A DNA stretch of 64,000 nt from Octopus bimaculoides (GCF_001194135.2 NC_068982.1:134650021-134714020); one strand, 5' to 3'; counted from the first letter of the stretch, positions 11,783-24,840 are shown. Notes: generated from the sequence alone by a model not told the origin. Made by a program: numbers and translations.

Positions 11783-13195
11783 TGTTGGTACAAGTCCAGC
11801 AATTTCGGGGCAGGGGCCTAAGTCGATTACATCGATCTTATTACTGAACAGGTACTTATTTTATCGATCCCGAAAGAATGAAAGGCAAAGTAGACCCCGG
11901 CGGCATTTGAACTCAGAAAGTAAAGATGTATGAAATGTCGCTATGCATTTTGCCCGGCGTGCTAACGGGTCGAATCGTTAGTGTCTGCAAACGGTATTTC
12001 GCCCGGCTCTTTACGTTCTGAGTTCAAATAACGCAGAAGTCAACTTTACCTTTCTTCCTACTAGGATCGAGAAGCTAAAGTACCAGTCAAATACTGAAGT
12101 CGCTGGTATCACTTACCCCCTCCCCTGAAAATTGCTGATCTTTTGCCTAAAGTAGAAAGTTTTATTTGGAACGAGTATTTGGAGAACATCTGAAGAAAAT
12201 ATTTACTTATGAGAGTTGTCTTTCCTTATTTATTTCCATATCAAAAATAGTGTTCTGCGATGAGCAAATGAATCTCCGTCGGTTTCGACGATAAGTATTC
12301 AGTTGATAGCCCAACTGCACTATATGCTCGTTGCTTATTGAACAGTCGTGCAAATGGCAGATTATCCCAAAATACGCCTGTTCTTTTAGAGCAAGCTTCT
12401 CACAGAATCAGAATGATATTGTTTGGCAAGGTAAGGCGGCAAACTGGTAGAAACGTTAGCACGCCCGGCGAAATGCTTAGTGGTAATTCGTCTGTCTTTA
12501 CGTTCTGAGTTCAACTTTGCCTTTCATCCTTTCAGGGTCGATAAATTAAGTACCAGTTGCGTACTGGGTCGATCTAATCGACTGGCCCTCCCCCTATCCC
12601 AAATTTTGGGCCTTGTACCTAGAATAGAAAAGGATATTGTTTGGCAAGGTTGGACCTTTTGAATTGCAGTTTTCGTCTATCCAAATTACACTTACAAAAC
12701 TTGGACCGATCCAAAACCACAGTAAATTATTCTAGAATAAAATGCTGCATAGTGGGATCGAACCCGAGACCTTGTGATTGCGAAGCGAACTTCTTAACCA
12801 TTCTTTCAAAGTACAATAAAATAATTAAGCGCAAAATAAAGAAAATAAAGTACAAAGATTGGAAGATATTAAGGAAACAAAAAAAACGTACATATGGCGA
12901 TCTTTCGACAAGATCGCCAAACAGGCGATATTTATAGTAAACAATATATTTATATGTTTAAAATATATTTATAATGAATAAAAATGGTTTCAAGTTTTAG
13001 TACAAGGCCAGCAATTTCAGAGGAGGTGGGTGAGTCGAGATCATCGGCCCCAGTGTCCAACCGGTACTTATTTCATCGACCCAAAAGGACGAAAGGTAAA
13101 GTCGACCTCAGCGGAATTTGAACTCGGAACGTAAAGACGGACGAAATGCCGTTAAGTATTTTGGCCGGCTTGCTGATGATTCTTGCCAGCTGGCA
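11783..13195. mobile_element. Cluster of four SINE family B copies in alternating orientation
   Basis: Copies at about 11783-11966(-), 11975-12160(+), 12432-12628(+) and 12995-13195(-). The family-B head has A-box-like TGGCAGAAACGTT, B-box GAGTTCAAAT and body GTCGACTTTGCCTTTCATCCTTTCGGGGTCGATAAA. CpGs are largely retained. A tRNA-like head fragment lies at about 12745-12800(-). Confidence 0.85.
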
Positions 13196-13372
13196 ATAAT
13201 AACACACAAAAAAAAAATGATATTCGTTTGTATTTGGTAAATTCAGGGGATAATACTTGATTATCTACGATTGAAATATACATCTCTACAATAATAACAG
13301 CTTCCTCAAGTGTGGAAGAGACGAAAGGATTAATAACTAGCGAAAGCTAAATCCTTGTTTAGAACTGAAGAT

Positions 13373-13550
13373 CGGAAGCGGAAATCGCAATGTGTATAAT
13401 ATCGTTGTCTCTGACACTGAGAAACAACGAATCACAAAAGCTTTTACAGACAACCTTGTCGAATCGTATTAACCTTCAGTGAGGTTCGGTCTTCAACGTT
13501 TAACTCCAAACCGGCCATGTGCGCTGTGGAATCATATTGCACAGGTAAAC
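13373..13550 (+). promoter_or_regulatory. Candidate promoter / first non-coding exon (tandem ETS-like motif plus 5' splice donor)
   Basis: CGGAAGCGGAAAT at 13373-13385 in a CpG-retaining unique region, and donor-like CAG|GTAAAC at 13544/13545. The link to TMEM161 is inference. Confidence 0.25.
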
Positions 13551-15425
13551 TCACTTCTTCTCTATTCGTTTCTCTAGATCTTATATGATTTGCTCCTCGT
13601 AAGCAGAAATTAAAAATAGGAAATTTTCTTTCGTGGAATCGTTTGAAGATAGAAGATAATAATAGTGTTGCTTTTAACAATGTCTTAATTGTTTTATCAA
13701 ACGTATTGTCGCTTAACATTTGTGTGCAAATTACAAATTTTTACGCTAATTAAATTAATAGTAAGAAGAATTACTAATATAGAAACACTGTATCAAGTTT
13801 ACAGGGCCGAAATAATTGGAGAATTTGTGATGTTCATGCTTTTGAAAAGGCAGGAGCAGGATTTGAAACCGAATAGTTCTTTTTCTCCGATGCCGAAAAT
13901 TTTACTTTGCACTAAAAGATTCCAATAACTGTGGCTAGTCTACGGGGATGGTCACCTTCTGCTGATATTACACTGTCAAATAAATTGCAGTGATTCTAAT
14001 TTTATTAATTTCACATGGTAATTATGTAAATCTATAGAGTTAGAAAAATTATGATTGAAAAAGTGCATGTTGGAGTCATTGAGACGAAATAAATAAATTA
14101 AAGTGACAAGCTTAAAGAAAATATGATTTTAATATCATCCTTTTTCGAATCAAAAAGTAAAGTAAAGATTTTGTTTTCATTTTTATAAATCAATCACCAA
14201 TTTCGAACACTGAGATAATCAGATTTTTCGCTACTGTGAAAATGTTAAAGATTTCCTCTTTTTTTTTGCCATATTTTCAGCCACGGCATCTCTGTCTTCT
14301 TAATCTGTAGTGCCTTTTATTCTATTTGAAAATATTTAGATGTTTACTTTCATTTGATTAATATTTTGAACCTTTTTACAAAATTAATGCTTTAATTATA
14401 ACAGTTTTGCATTTGCAGTCAAACATAGGCTTACTTGATGTCACATTAAGGTACCCTCTCGCCCCAGTTAAAAAACGCAACATTTGTACTAAACCTGCGC
14501 CAATTTTAGGGCCAAATGTAGGCATTGGTCGACTAAAACGTCTCAGTTACATAGTTTATTTATAGTTGCTACTTATTTTTGTAGCAGTCTTTATTTGCAA
14601 TATTGATTTCTCTCGTCGCACAGGGATTCCTAGTGTTTTCTTTTAAAGAGAAAAGGAGATTATACTTCAACTATTGTTTTTTTTTCCAAACTGAACTGGA
14701 TCCAGTTAAAACTCGAAACCTAGTCGCATGCTTAGTTATTTTATATTTGGTTTATTTCTCTTTCTGCGTGGAAAAATTTCAATTAATCGAAGGATTTTTT
14801 GCTACATAATTATTCAGTACCCAACTCCTTAACTTATTTGTACACATCGGAATATTTTTCCCCTTAAAATTTATCTTCGATCCTTATATATTAAAATCAA
14901 ATATACAATCTGTTAATTTTAATGTATTCCTTTCTGTATATAAATCTCAATTTGGTCCTTCGAAATACCATAGATCGATTATGATAAGATATAACCTTTA
15001 GTTTCAATTATTGTCTTTATGACTTGTACTGACAACAAGGACATCGGTGTCGCGAATTGTGTCCAAATCGTGTAATACATCGCACGACAATGTTATTTAT
15101 TTATCACTAGATTTCACATGCAACTTTCATCAAATTTACAAGTATATGATTGTTTTACATAACATTAATTAAACTGATTTAATTACCGTTTTATCGTCTG
15201 CTTTACAGACAGATGTTAGAATTTTTTTTAGACTTTCGGGAATTCCACACACATACTGTAAATAATATTTATAGGCCAGTGAGGGAATCTGTGGTTTCTA
15301 AGACTATTTAAAATGACTTAATTACAATTTTATAGTATATTTTATAAATAATAAACACCATACTTTAGAATTTTTAAAAACATTCAGAGATTCCAGTATG
15401 TCGTCTATATGGTTCGTATCCGTTT

Positions 15426-15463
<38 letters not shown>

Positions 15464-16337
15464 ATATTTATGAGATTTCTGTAGTTATTATGTCCGTTTG
15501 TTTCCTTTTAGTATTGTACTACACTGGTATAATTACATTGTCCTGGTTCTTGTAAAAGATTATTTATTACTTTTCACAAATGATTATGAAGCAAATTCCT
15601 TTGCAAAATTCCAGCGACTGGTTTAGAATATGTATATTCTCACCTTTTTCCAAAATGGGATTAATTAGTCTTCTTCGCATGGCCATAATTTGCAGATAAG
15701 CAAAAAAAATAAATTGTTTCTTGAGAGTTCTTATGAATGTATTACAATAGGCAAAACTATGGGTTATAGGAATATTTCATAATTATTATGACCAAATATA
15801 CGTTAAGTATATTTGGTATTGCTCTGTAGAGCTTTGTTGTCTGTGAGAGGATTATCTTTAAGAATAATAATACAACAAACATCTAATAATTAAGATAGGT
15901 TTACATGCAAAACAAATTGGTTGGAGAGTGTTTCGAAATTACTTAGATTTATGCGAAATAACTGTATAAAGTGTCTCCTTTGTTTTTGTAGCAAATAGTG
16001 ACATGCTAATTGTAAATGAGCATCCCTGTCTTACAAGTGGTGTTGTTTGTTACCAGTCTTCCAGGAGAATATGGCTGGCTATGGGGGGCGGGGGAATATT
16101 ACCCTGCTTGTGAGGGTTAGCAACAGGGATGGCATCTAGCTGTAGAAAATGTCTCATCCAATTCTGTGCATCCTATGCAAGCGTGGAGAAGTGATCACTA
16201 AAATAATGATGATAATGATAGTCAGACAGAAATTTTATGTGTTGTATTCAAGTTTGTGTCTTGGAAAAGCTCAGTCTGTTTTTATTAATACAATTTACAG
16301 TAGGAATTGTACCTGATTCAGTCCCCACCAAAACAAT

Positions 16338-16938
16338 ATAACCCTTTAGCATTTAAACCTACTGTATCTGACCTAAATATTCTTCCTGTTTTATGTTCAA
16401 GCTGGCCAAATCTGACCTCTCATACCTACCCTACAGTGTCATTCTAAAAGCAGACAATCACATCATCAAAATCTCAAAGCTATGAGATAATGTATGAATA
16501 ATCCTGTACTATGTGAATAAACAAACGTTCACCTTTCGAGTGTTGGGCCTCACAAATGCAAAGTGGCCAATGCCAGTGGCACGTGAAAAGCTCCTTTAGA
16601 GTGTTAGGCCTCATGAAGGCAATGACCAAGACCTTTGGCATTGTCATGCTTGAAAAGAAGACCCATCAAGCCAAGTAAAATCACAGTTGTGGTAGTTACC
16701 GGTGTCATGCAAATGGCACCTGTGCTGGTGGCACATAAAAGCACCCATTACACTGCTGGAGTGGTTGGCATTAGGAAGGGCATCCAGCCTTAGAAAACAT
16801 GCCAAATCAGACTGAAGTCTGGTGCAGCCTTCCAGCGTGCCAGCCTGGTCAAACTATCCAACCCATGCCAGCATGGACAACACACGGTAAATGATGATGA
16901 TAATATATTTGACAGGAATCTGAATGCTAAAGGGCTAA
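16338..16938. mobile_element. piggyBac-like MITE interrupted by an RTE-type 3' end
   Basis: Termini (A)TAA|CCCTTTAGCATT at 16342 and AATGCTAAAGGG|CTAA at 16934, with degenerate TTAA flanks. The interior matches a second, partial copy at about 24017-24221. The insert spans about 16545-16905. Confidence 0.7.
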
Positions 16939-17610
16939 AATGTTTTTGATTAGAATCAAGATTTTGTAAGAGACTGAGTAGTTGTTTGAATCATCGCTTA
17001 ATGTCTGTTTTCTCTGCTGGCATGGTTTGGACGGTTTNNNNNNNNNNNNNNNNNNNNNNNNNNNNNNNNNNNNNNNNNNNNNNNNNNNNNNNNNNNNNNN
17101 NNNNNNNNNNNNNNNNNNNNNNNNNNNNNNACGTGCCACCAGCATGGGGACCAGTCAGTGGGTACAGGCATCGGCCATGTTTGGACGGTGCTTTTTACAT
17201 GCTACTGGTGTGGGAGCCAGTGTGGGAGTACTGGCCACAGCTACGATATTGGTTTTACTGGACTCAACAAGACTTCTTTAGCATATCATATCGCACGACA
17301 CAACATAAAATAAACAAAACCAATTTTGATTGCCAGTGCCGCTGGACTGGCTCCTGTGCAGGTGGCACGTAAAATACACCATTTTGAGCATGGCTGTTGC
17401 CAGTACCGCCTGACTAGCCTTCGTGCCGGTGGCACGTAAAAAGCACCTACTACACTGTCGGAGTGGTTGGCGTTAGGAAGGGCATCCAGCTGTAGAAACT
17501 CTGCCAAATCAGATTGGAGCCTGGTGCAGCCATCTGGTTTGCCAGTCCTCAGTCAAATCGTCCAACCCATGCTAGCATGGAAAGCGGACGTTAAACGATG
17601 ATGATGATGA
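16545..17610. mobile_element. Three RTE-type 3'-UTR/tail fragments in alternating orientation
   Basis: About 16545-16905(+), 16985-17220(-, split by a gap) and 17290-17610(+). They share GGCACGTAAAA, GGAAGGGCATCCAGC and ACGTTAAACGATGATGAT with the RTE copy at 31620-32512. Confidence 0.8.
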
Positions 17611-19264
17611 CTCAGATAATATGGCAACCTGGCAGAATCATTAGCATGGCAGGCAAAATAATTAGCAACATTTTCGTCCATCTTTACATTCTGGATTCAA
17701 ATGCTACTGAGGTCAACTTTGCTTTTCATCCTTTCAGGGGTCAATAAAGTTGAGTACTGGGGTCGATGTAATTGACTCACTCCCTTCCCCGAAATTGCTG
17801 GCCTTTTGCCAAAATTTGTGATTGATGTTTTTGAGACTCAGAACGTATTGGTATGGACCTCATACTGTCCATGTCCACCTTTCTAGTATAGACATCATCA
17901 TCATCATTGTTTTGATTTGTTACACTGGTCAGATGGTGGTACTCATTGAGGCACATTTCTGACAGCTGGATGCTCTTCCTGTTTGTTGATTTTCATTTGT
18001 TTTCAACCAAAAGTAATATTTCTCCATGGCCAGACATGTTTTCCTAAAATATTGGAAATGAGCAACACTGCTTGTATGACGGTGATGCTTGTTTACATCT
18101 GTTGTGATGTTAAGTCAAAGAGATATAAAACCCTTTGCCTCCCAACTACATGGTTCTGGGTTCAGTCCCACTGTGCAACACCTTGGACAAGTGTCTTCCA
18201 TAGCCTTGGGCTGACCAAAGCCTTGAGAGTGGATTTGGTAGACGGAAACTGAAAGAAACCAGTCATACAGAGCATGGAAGAAAGGTTTCCTCAATTTCAA
18301 AGGTTAATAAAAAAACAAACACATGAAGATTCAAGAAAAAAATGATGCTCTCCACTCCAGGCCATGGTGGGTACTACCTGAAACAGAAAAAAAAAATGGC
18401 ATTTACTGAACTTCATAGAAATACAAAGTTTTTACATGCATCTTCATGTGTTTGTTTTTTATTGACCTTTGATATCGGGGCAACCCTTCTACCACACCCT
18501 GTGTGTGTGTGTACCAATGTTTGTTCCCCCATCATCTCTTAACTGGCATTGGTGTATTTATGTGCCCATAACTTAACAGTTCAGCAAAAGACATCAATAT
18601 ACAAGGCTTCAACAAAAAAAAAAATTACTGGATCTTTTTTTTTTTTTGCAACCAAAGTTCTCCAAGTCAGAAACCCAGCAGTCTAATNNNNNNNNNNNNN
18701 NNNNNNNNNNNNNNNNNNNNNNNNNNNNNNNNNNNNNNNNNNNNNNNNNNNNNNNNNNNNNNNNNNNNNNNNNNNNNNNNNNNNNNNNNNNNNNNNNNNN
18801 NNNNNNNNNNNNNNNNNNNNNNNNNNNNNNNNNNNNNNNNNNNNNNNNNNNNNNNNNNNNNNNNNNNNNNNNNNNNNNNNNNNNNNNNNNNNNNNNNNNN
18901 NNNNNNNNNNNNNNNNNNNNNNNNNNNNNNNNNNNNNNNNNNNNNNNNNNNNNNNNNNNNNNNNNNNNNNNNNNNNNNNNNNNNNNNNNNNNNNNNNNNN
19001 NNNNNNNNNNNNNNNNNNNNNNNNNNNNNNNNNNNNNNNNNNNNNNNNNNNNNNNNNNNNNNNNNNNNNNNNNNNNNNNNNNNNNNNNNNNGAAATACCA
19101 CTAAGCATTTCACCTGGTGTGCTAACGTTTCTGCCAGCTAGGTTTCTTTCAGTTTCTGTCTACTGAATTCACTCTCTAGGTTTTGGTTGACCCGGGGCTA
19201 TACTGGAGGATACTATCCTAGAACCATTTTAATATGAAAAAATATTTAATGATAGCAAATATAT

Positions 19265-19470
19265 TCTTTTCTACTCTAGGCACAAGGCCCAAAATTTTTG
19301 AGGAGAGGGTCAGTAGATTAGATCGACCCCAGTATGTAACTAGTACTTAATTTATCAATCCTGAAAGGATGAAAGGCAAAGTCAACCTCGTCGGAATTTG
19401 AACTCGGAATGTAAAGACAGATGAAATTCTGCTAAGCATTTTGCCCGGCATGCTAATGTTTCTGCCCCTT
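19265..19470 (-). mobile_element. SINE family B
   Basis: ggcacaaggccc...gaaaggcaaagtcaacctcgtcggaatttgaactcggaatg...gctaatgtttctgcc. Confidence 0.85.
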
Positions 19471-20982
19471 ATGATCGGAAATATATTGGTTTTATATTGC
19501 TTTTCTGAATTTTAGTTTAGTGTTAGTGAAACTGGCTGTTGTAGATTATCAATTTTGAGTCTCTGAATCTATCTGCCATTAAGGCAGACTGATGATCAGT
19601 AGTTTGTTCTAGGACATTCTAGATGTGGCCATGTTGTATTTTTGGACTATCTCCAGGACCATATTTGTTAATGTATTCTTCAATTTGTAACAGTAAATCT
19701 TGATTTGAGAGGAATTTAATTGTTATTTCTTGCACCCTCAGTAACTACATAATCGCACTAGTTGGCTTGAAGCAGTGATACAATATTGAAAAGAAGGATT
19801 TTTTTTTTTGTGTTCCATTTCATTTTTGTTTTGTGAAAAGCACCATTCGAGCATGATCGTTGCCAATGTCGCCTTACCGGCACATGTTCCGGTGGCACTT
19901 GGAAAATNNNNNNNNNNNNNNNNNNNNNNNNNNNNNNNNNNNNNNNNNNNNNNNNNNNNNNNNNNNNNNNNNNNNNNNNNNNNNNNNNNNNNNNNNNNNN
20001 NNNNNNNNNNNNNNNNNNNNNNNNNNNNNNNNNNNNNNNNNNNNNNNNNNNNNNNNNNNNNNNNNNNNNNNNNNNNNNNNNNNNNNNNNNNNNNNNNNNN
20101 NNNNNNNNNNNNNNNNNNNNNNNNNNNNNNNNNNNNNNNNNNNNNNNNNNNNNNNNNNNNNNNNNNNNNNNNNNNNNNNNNNNNNNNNNNNNNNNNNNNN
20201 NNNNNNNNNNNNNNNNNNNNNNNNNNNNNNNNNNNNNNNNNNNNNNNNNNNNNNNNNNNNNNNNNNNNNNNNNNNNNNNNNNNNNNNNNNNNNNNNNNNN
20301 NNNNNNNNNNNNNNNNNNNNNNNNNNNNNNNNNNNNNNNNNNNNNNNNNNNNNNNNNNNNNNNNNNNNNNNNNNNNNNNNNNNNNNNNNNNNNNNNNNNN
20401 NNNNNNNNNNNNNNNNNNNNNNNNNNNNNNNNNNNNNNNNNNNNNNNNNNNNNNNNNNNNNNNNNNNNNNNNNNNNNNNNNNNNNNNNNNNNNNNNNNNN
20501 NNNNNNNNNNNNNNNNNNNNNNNNNNNNNNNNNNNNNNNNNNNNNNNNNTGAAAGGCAAAGTCGACCTTGGCGAAATTTGAACTCAGAACGTAGCGGCAG
20601 ACAGAATACCGCTAAGCATTTTGCCTCAGCTCGTCACCTTCTACACAATTTCTGGCTACCAGATTCTCTTGGACACTGATCTACTTGATGTGTTGAAATA
20701 ATATGTAGAATAGAGTGAGCCGTTGTAAGAAAAGAATAGCTTGATAACAGACAGGAATGCAGTGAAGTGAATACAATTATATCCAGCCTTTACTCTCTTT
20801 ACTCTTTTACTTGTTTCAATCATTTGACTGTGGCCATGCTGGAGCACTGCCTTTAGTCGAAGAAATCGACCCCTAATACTTCTTCTATCGGTCTCTTTTG
20901 CTGAGCTGTTAAGTTATGGAGACGTAAACACACCAGTATCGGTTGTCAAGCGATGTTGGGGGACAAACACAGATGCACAAAC

Positions 20983-21218
20983 ATGAAGGCGGCGCGCTAG
21001 CAGAAACGTTAACATGTCGGGTGAAATGCTTAGCAGTATTTCATCTGCCGCTACGTTCTGAGTTCAAATTCTGCCGAGGTTGACTTTGCCTTTCATCCTT
21101 TCGGGGTCGATTAAATAAGTACCAGTTACGCATTGGGGTCGATGTAATCGACTTAATCCCTTTGTCTGTCCTTGTTTGTCCCCTTTATGTTTAGCCCCTT
21201 GTGGGCAATAAAGAAATG
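20983..21218 (+). mobile_element. SINE family B, tail variant B2, with 19-bp TSD
   Basis: TSD CAAACACAGATGCACAAAC at 20964-20982 and 21219-21237. The tail is TTTAGCCCCTTGTGGGCAATAAAGAAAT. Confidence 0.9.
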
Positions 21219-21409
21219 CAAACACAGATGCACAAACGCACACACACACACACACGCACACACATATACGACAAACTTCTTTCAGTTTCTGTCTACCAAA
21301 TCCACTCACAAGGCTTTGGTCGACCCGAGGCTATAGCAGAAGACACTTACCCAAGGTGCCACACAGTGGGACTGAACCCAGAACCATGTGGTTGGTAAGC
21401 AAGCTACTT

Positions 21410-21575
21410 TATTTCATTGAAATTAGCCACAAGGGCTGTACACAGAGTAGTAGCTGCGGGCTGGACAAAGACATTAATGTGATGAGGATGATAACGAAAA
21501 GCGAATAGAAATGGGAGAGGCACCGGCGCCCGTCGACCGATAACCCCTTGAAAATATTGTTCAATACAAATCCAA
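21410..21575 (-). mobile_element. 166-bp 5'-truncated retro-insertion with 14-bp TSD
   Basis: TSD TAAGCAAGCTACTT at 21396-21409 and 21576-21589. The minus-strand end CAGCCCTTGTGGCTAATTTCAATGAAATA resembles the B2 tail. Confidence 0.75.
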
Positions 21576-21689
21576 TAAGCAAGCTACTTATCACACAGCC
21601 ACTCCTGTCAGAATTTGTTTTGCAACTGCAAAATTTGATGAAGTCGAGTAAGTGATATTGTTTCTAACATAGGTTTAACTCTAGAAATC

Positions 21690-22200
21690 TTGAGAGTTAG
21701 AGGTTTGTAGATTAATGTGATCCCAGTATTTGATTGGTTCTTTTTGCTATTGATCCTTGGTACAAAGCTTGAAATTTGGGTGAGAGAGGTTAATTGAGTA
21801 ATGACCTCATTACTTGACTGTACTTTATTCTATCAACTCAACCCAGGAGATGAAAGGCAGAGTTGATTTTGTGGGATTTGAACTCAGAATTTGATATAGG
21901 TGCAAGCCCAGAAATATCAATAAAGAATTTAGTTGATTAAATTGACCCCAGTACTTGATTGGTTTTTGTATTTTGTTGAAAGGCAAAATTGACCTCAACA
22001 TGATATTAACTCAAAATACAACATGGCCAAAAATTTGGGGAGAGAAGTTAGTTGATGAAATTTTGACCCTAGTACTTGATTGGGGTCAGTTTAATAGTAA
22101 AAACATAATTGATATAAGTAGGATTTGAATTTGGAACATAAGATGCTGGAAGAAATATTCCAAAGCATTTTATCCAATGCTCTAATGATTCTACCAAATT
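21690..22200 (-). mobile_element. Degenerate head-to-tail run of partial SINE B copies
   Basis: Four recurrences of ttga(c/t)cccagta(c/t)ttgattgg-like and gaaaggca modules with heavy CpG decay. Confidence 0.6.
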
Positions 22201-23299
22201 ATTGCTCAAATTGAGTAGCTAAAATAGATGTTTATTCAGTAATAATAGAATACAATTACTTGTTACTTGAAGTAAGAAGTGTATATACATGGTATGATAA
22301 AACTTACAGGTCAAAGAAGATACCATTATCATCATCATCATCTTTTAACATCCCTGTTCCATGCTGGCGTAAGCCAGATAGTTTGACAAGAATCCGATGG
22401 GACTACAAGCAGTGTTCCAGTGTCTGCTTTGGCATGGTTTCTAGGCTGGATGTTCTTCCTAACGGTAACCACTTGACAGCGTTAGTACTGAGTGCTTTTT
22501 ACATGCTACTAGCACTTTTGAGGTTACCATGCAGTTATGAAGACTACGAACACCGAGGAAGTGGAAAAGGGGCTTTATGCTTGGTAATGAGGGGTTAAAG
22601 TATGAGAAAAGAGGGGTTGGGTGGCGCAGAGAATGCTCTTGTAGCGGAACTACGCATTTAGGAGAGAGAGAAAATGGTCAACAGGAACTGCAAGAAGATA
22701 AATAGTAGCAATCAGTCGCCCACGTGGCCCCTCAAGATTCAAGGTGAGCAGAAGCGGTTGGCTGGGGGTGGTTTGCAAGCTTGTAAGATTATGCACAAGT
22801 AATATTCTGTCATTGGACAGCTTTCATGTCGGGGAGCTATTTTTCGAGCATTTTCGATTATATTGATTCTAGTGAAGGAATATTTTTTTCAACAGATTTG
22901 TAAACTTCTATATTTTCTACAAAATTCTCTTCCGTGTGTTTCCTTGAAAATATATATGCAAATGTATATGAATCTTTGTGTGTAATACACACCTATTGAT
23001 ATGTATTTAATTATACATATTTGATAAATATAATTTTGTATGTGTTAAAAAAACATCGGTTTGTGTTGCTTCCCGTCTTAAATGTAAAGCAGTCTAAGGG
23101 AGATAATTCTTTCAATTTAGTATTTTAAGGAGAGATTGCTATCGTCAGTTAGGTCACGTTACCAATTAAACAACGTGTACTGGTTGTATTAAATTTCAGT
23201 TTTATTATTAATTGGGTAGTTAGTTAATGAATACATTAATAAAATATATCACATTATTATAGATGTTATTTGATTAAAATAATAAGGAAATCATTGTAT

Positions 23300-23540
23300 A
23301 CAGTGCTCAAGTGCACTACAACTTGTCAGAAGTGTATAAAGCATATGAACTATTGTACAAATGTCTGGTAAGTGAACAGTGTATGAGTCAGATACATGCT
23401 TACGTGTGTATGGAGGGGAGAAAATCATGTGTAGTGTTGGTGAATCTCAGGAAGCATGGAAGTTTTGAAAGATGCAGTGCTCCGACAACTTACAACTGAT
23501 GCCGGCAGTTTGTTCCATACTTCAGCAACTCTTAGAGTGT
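23300..23540 (-). mobile_element. CR1/L2-like LINE 3' end
   Basis: Minus strand encodes AEVWNKLPASVVSCRSTASFKTSMLPEIHQHYT*, the WN.LP...S...FK signature of CR1-group ORF2 C-termini. Confidence 0.6.
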
Positions 23541-23544
23541 AAGC

Positions 23545-24005
23545 ATCTTGAGAAAAATTGGGCATCAGATGAGCTGTGCAAGAGAGACGACCGAGCTGGT
23601 ATGGTTATGTGATGCATATGTACGAGGACAGCTGTATAACAGTGCTGATCCAAGAAGACATGGGACGAAGTGGTGAAGCATGATCTTTGTATGTTGAGTC
23701 TCACAGAAGCGATGACAAATGATTGAGACCTTTTGTAGTTTACTGTGCCTGAGAAGACTCGTCAGACCAAGTGACATCGGGGTCATGGATAGTACCAGTG
23801 ACCCATAAAAAGGCACCTGTGAAGGTGACGTGTAAAAGGCACCCACACCACCCCTGGAGTTGTTGGTATTAGGAAGAGCATCCTACCATAGAAACCAAGC
23901 CAAAATCAGACTGGAGTCTGGTACAGCTCTCTGGCCTATCAGTTTCACTCAAACTGTCTAATCCATACCAGAATAAAAAACGGACACTAATTGATGATGA
24001 TGATG
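23545..24005 (+). mobile_element. RTE-clade LINE 3' fragment
   Basis: Homologous to 31780-32512 (AAGAAGACATGGGACGAAGTGGTGAAGCATGATCTT, i.e. KTWDEVVKHDL). It ends in a GATGATGATGAT tail. Confidence 0.8.
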
Positions 24006-24344
24006 TTTTAATGTGTCTTAACTCATGCCTGGCCAAAAATCTTGTTTTATGTTCAAACTGGCCAGATTCAACTTCTCATACCTATGCTACAATGTCGGTC
24101 TAAAAAATAAACATTCAGATCATCAAAATCTCTAAGCTACAAAATAATGTGTGATCAATTCAAAACAATGTGAATAAATAAGCTTTATATTTGACATTTG
24201 AGTAATCTGAATGCTAAAGGCTTATGTCCCCAAAAGACTATTCTTCTCTACACCATTTCACAACATTGCTTTAGAATTAATGTAACTGTTTTGAACACCA
24301 GTATGTTGTATATATAAAAACTTTGAAAATCGTTTATTGAGTAT

Positions 24345-24556
24345 CACCATCATCATCATATTAACGTCCATATTTCAATGCTTGCATGGGTTGGATGGAA
24401 TTTGTTGAAGCAAATTTTGTACGGCTAGATGTCCTTCCTGTCACCGTCTCTCACCTGTTTCCAAGTAAGGTAATATTTCTCTAGGAAATGAAGGACACCA
24501 CTTATATGAAGGTGACACTTGCTTACAACTATCACATCATGTCAAGGCAAGGCGAC

Positions 24557-24590
<34 letters not shown>

Positions 24591-24735
24591 CGGTTTTCTT
24601 TCAGTTTCCATCTTCAAAATCCACTCACAAAGTTTTGGTCCACCCTGGGCTATTGTAGAAGACTACTTGCTCTAGGTACCATGTAATGGGATTGAACCTA
24701 AAACCATGTTGGGAAGGCAAGAAGTTGGCTTACCA
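24345..24735 (-). mobile_element. SINE with family-A head and RTE-like tail, 130 bp upstream of the TMEM161 acceptor
   Basis: catcatcatattaacgtcc tail, internal (CA)n tract and tttctttcagtttccatc...ggattgaacc head. Confidence 0.75.
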
Positions 24736-24840
24736 ATGACATGTATATTTAATGTTTAATTTCTCAATGCAATATTATGATTATTCAACTGTTAAGAATT
24801 TTCCAAATACAATTATTGTATATTTTGTTAATTAAAGTAT

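Larger units (their letters stand above)
20790..21607 (-). mobile_element. SINE family A carrying two nested insertions
   Basis: The family-A tail, body and head are colinear but interrupted at 20983-21218 and 21410-21575. Each insert is flanked by an exact direct repeat. Confidence 0.9.

Noticed and set aside
12745-12800. tRNA-like sequences (also the heads at 37800-37869, 53810-53878 and 57032-57095)
   Set aside because: A/B boxes are present, but there is no complete cloverleaf and they run into SINE bodies, so they are not called tRNA genes.
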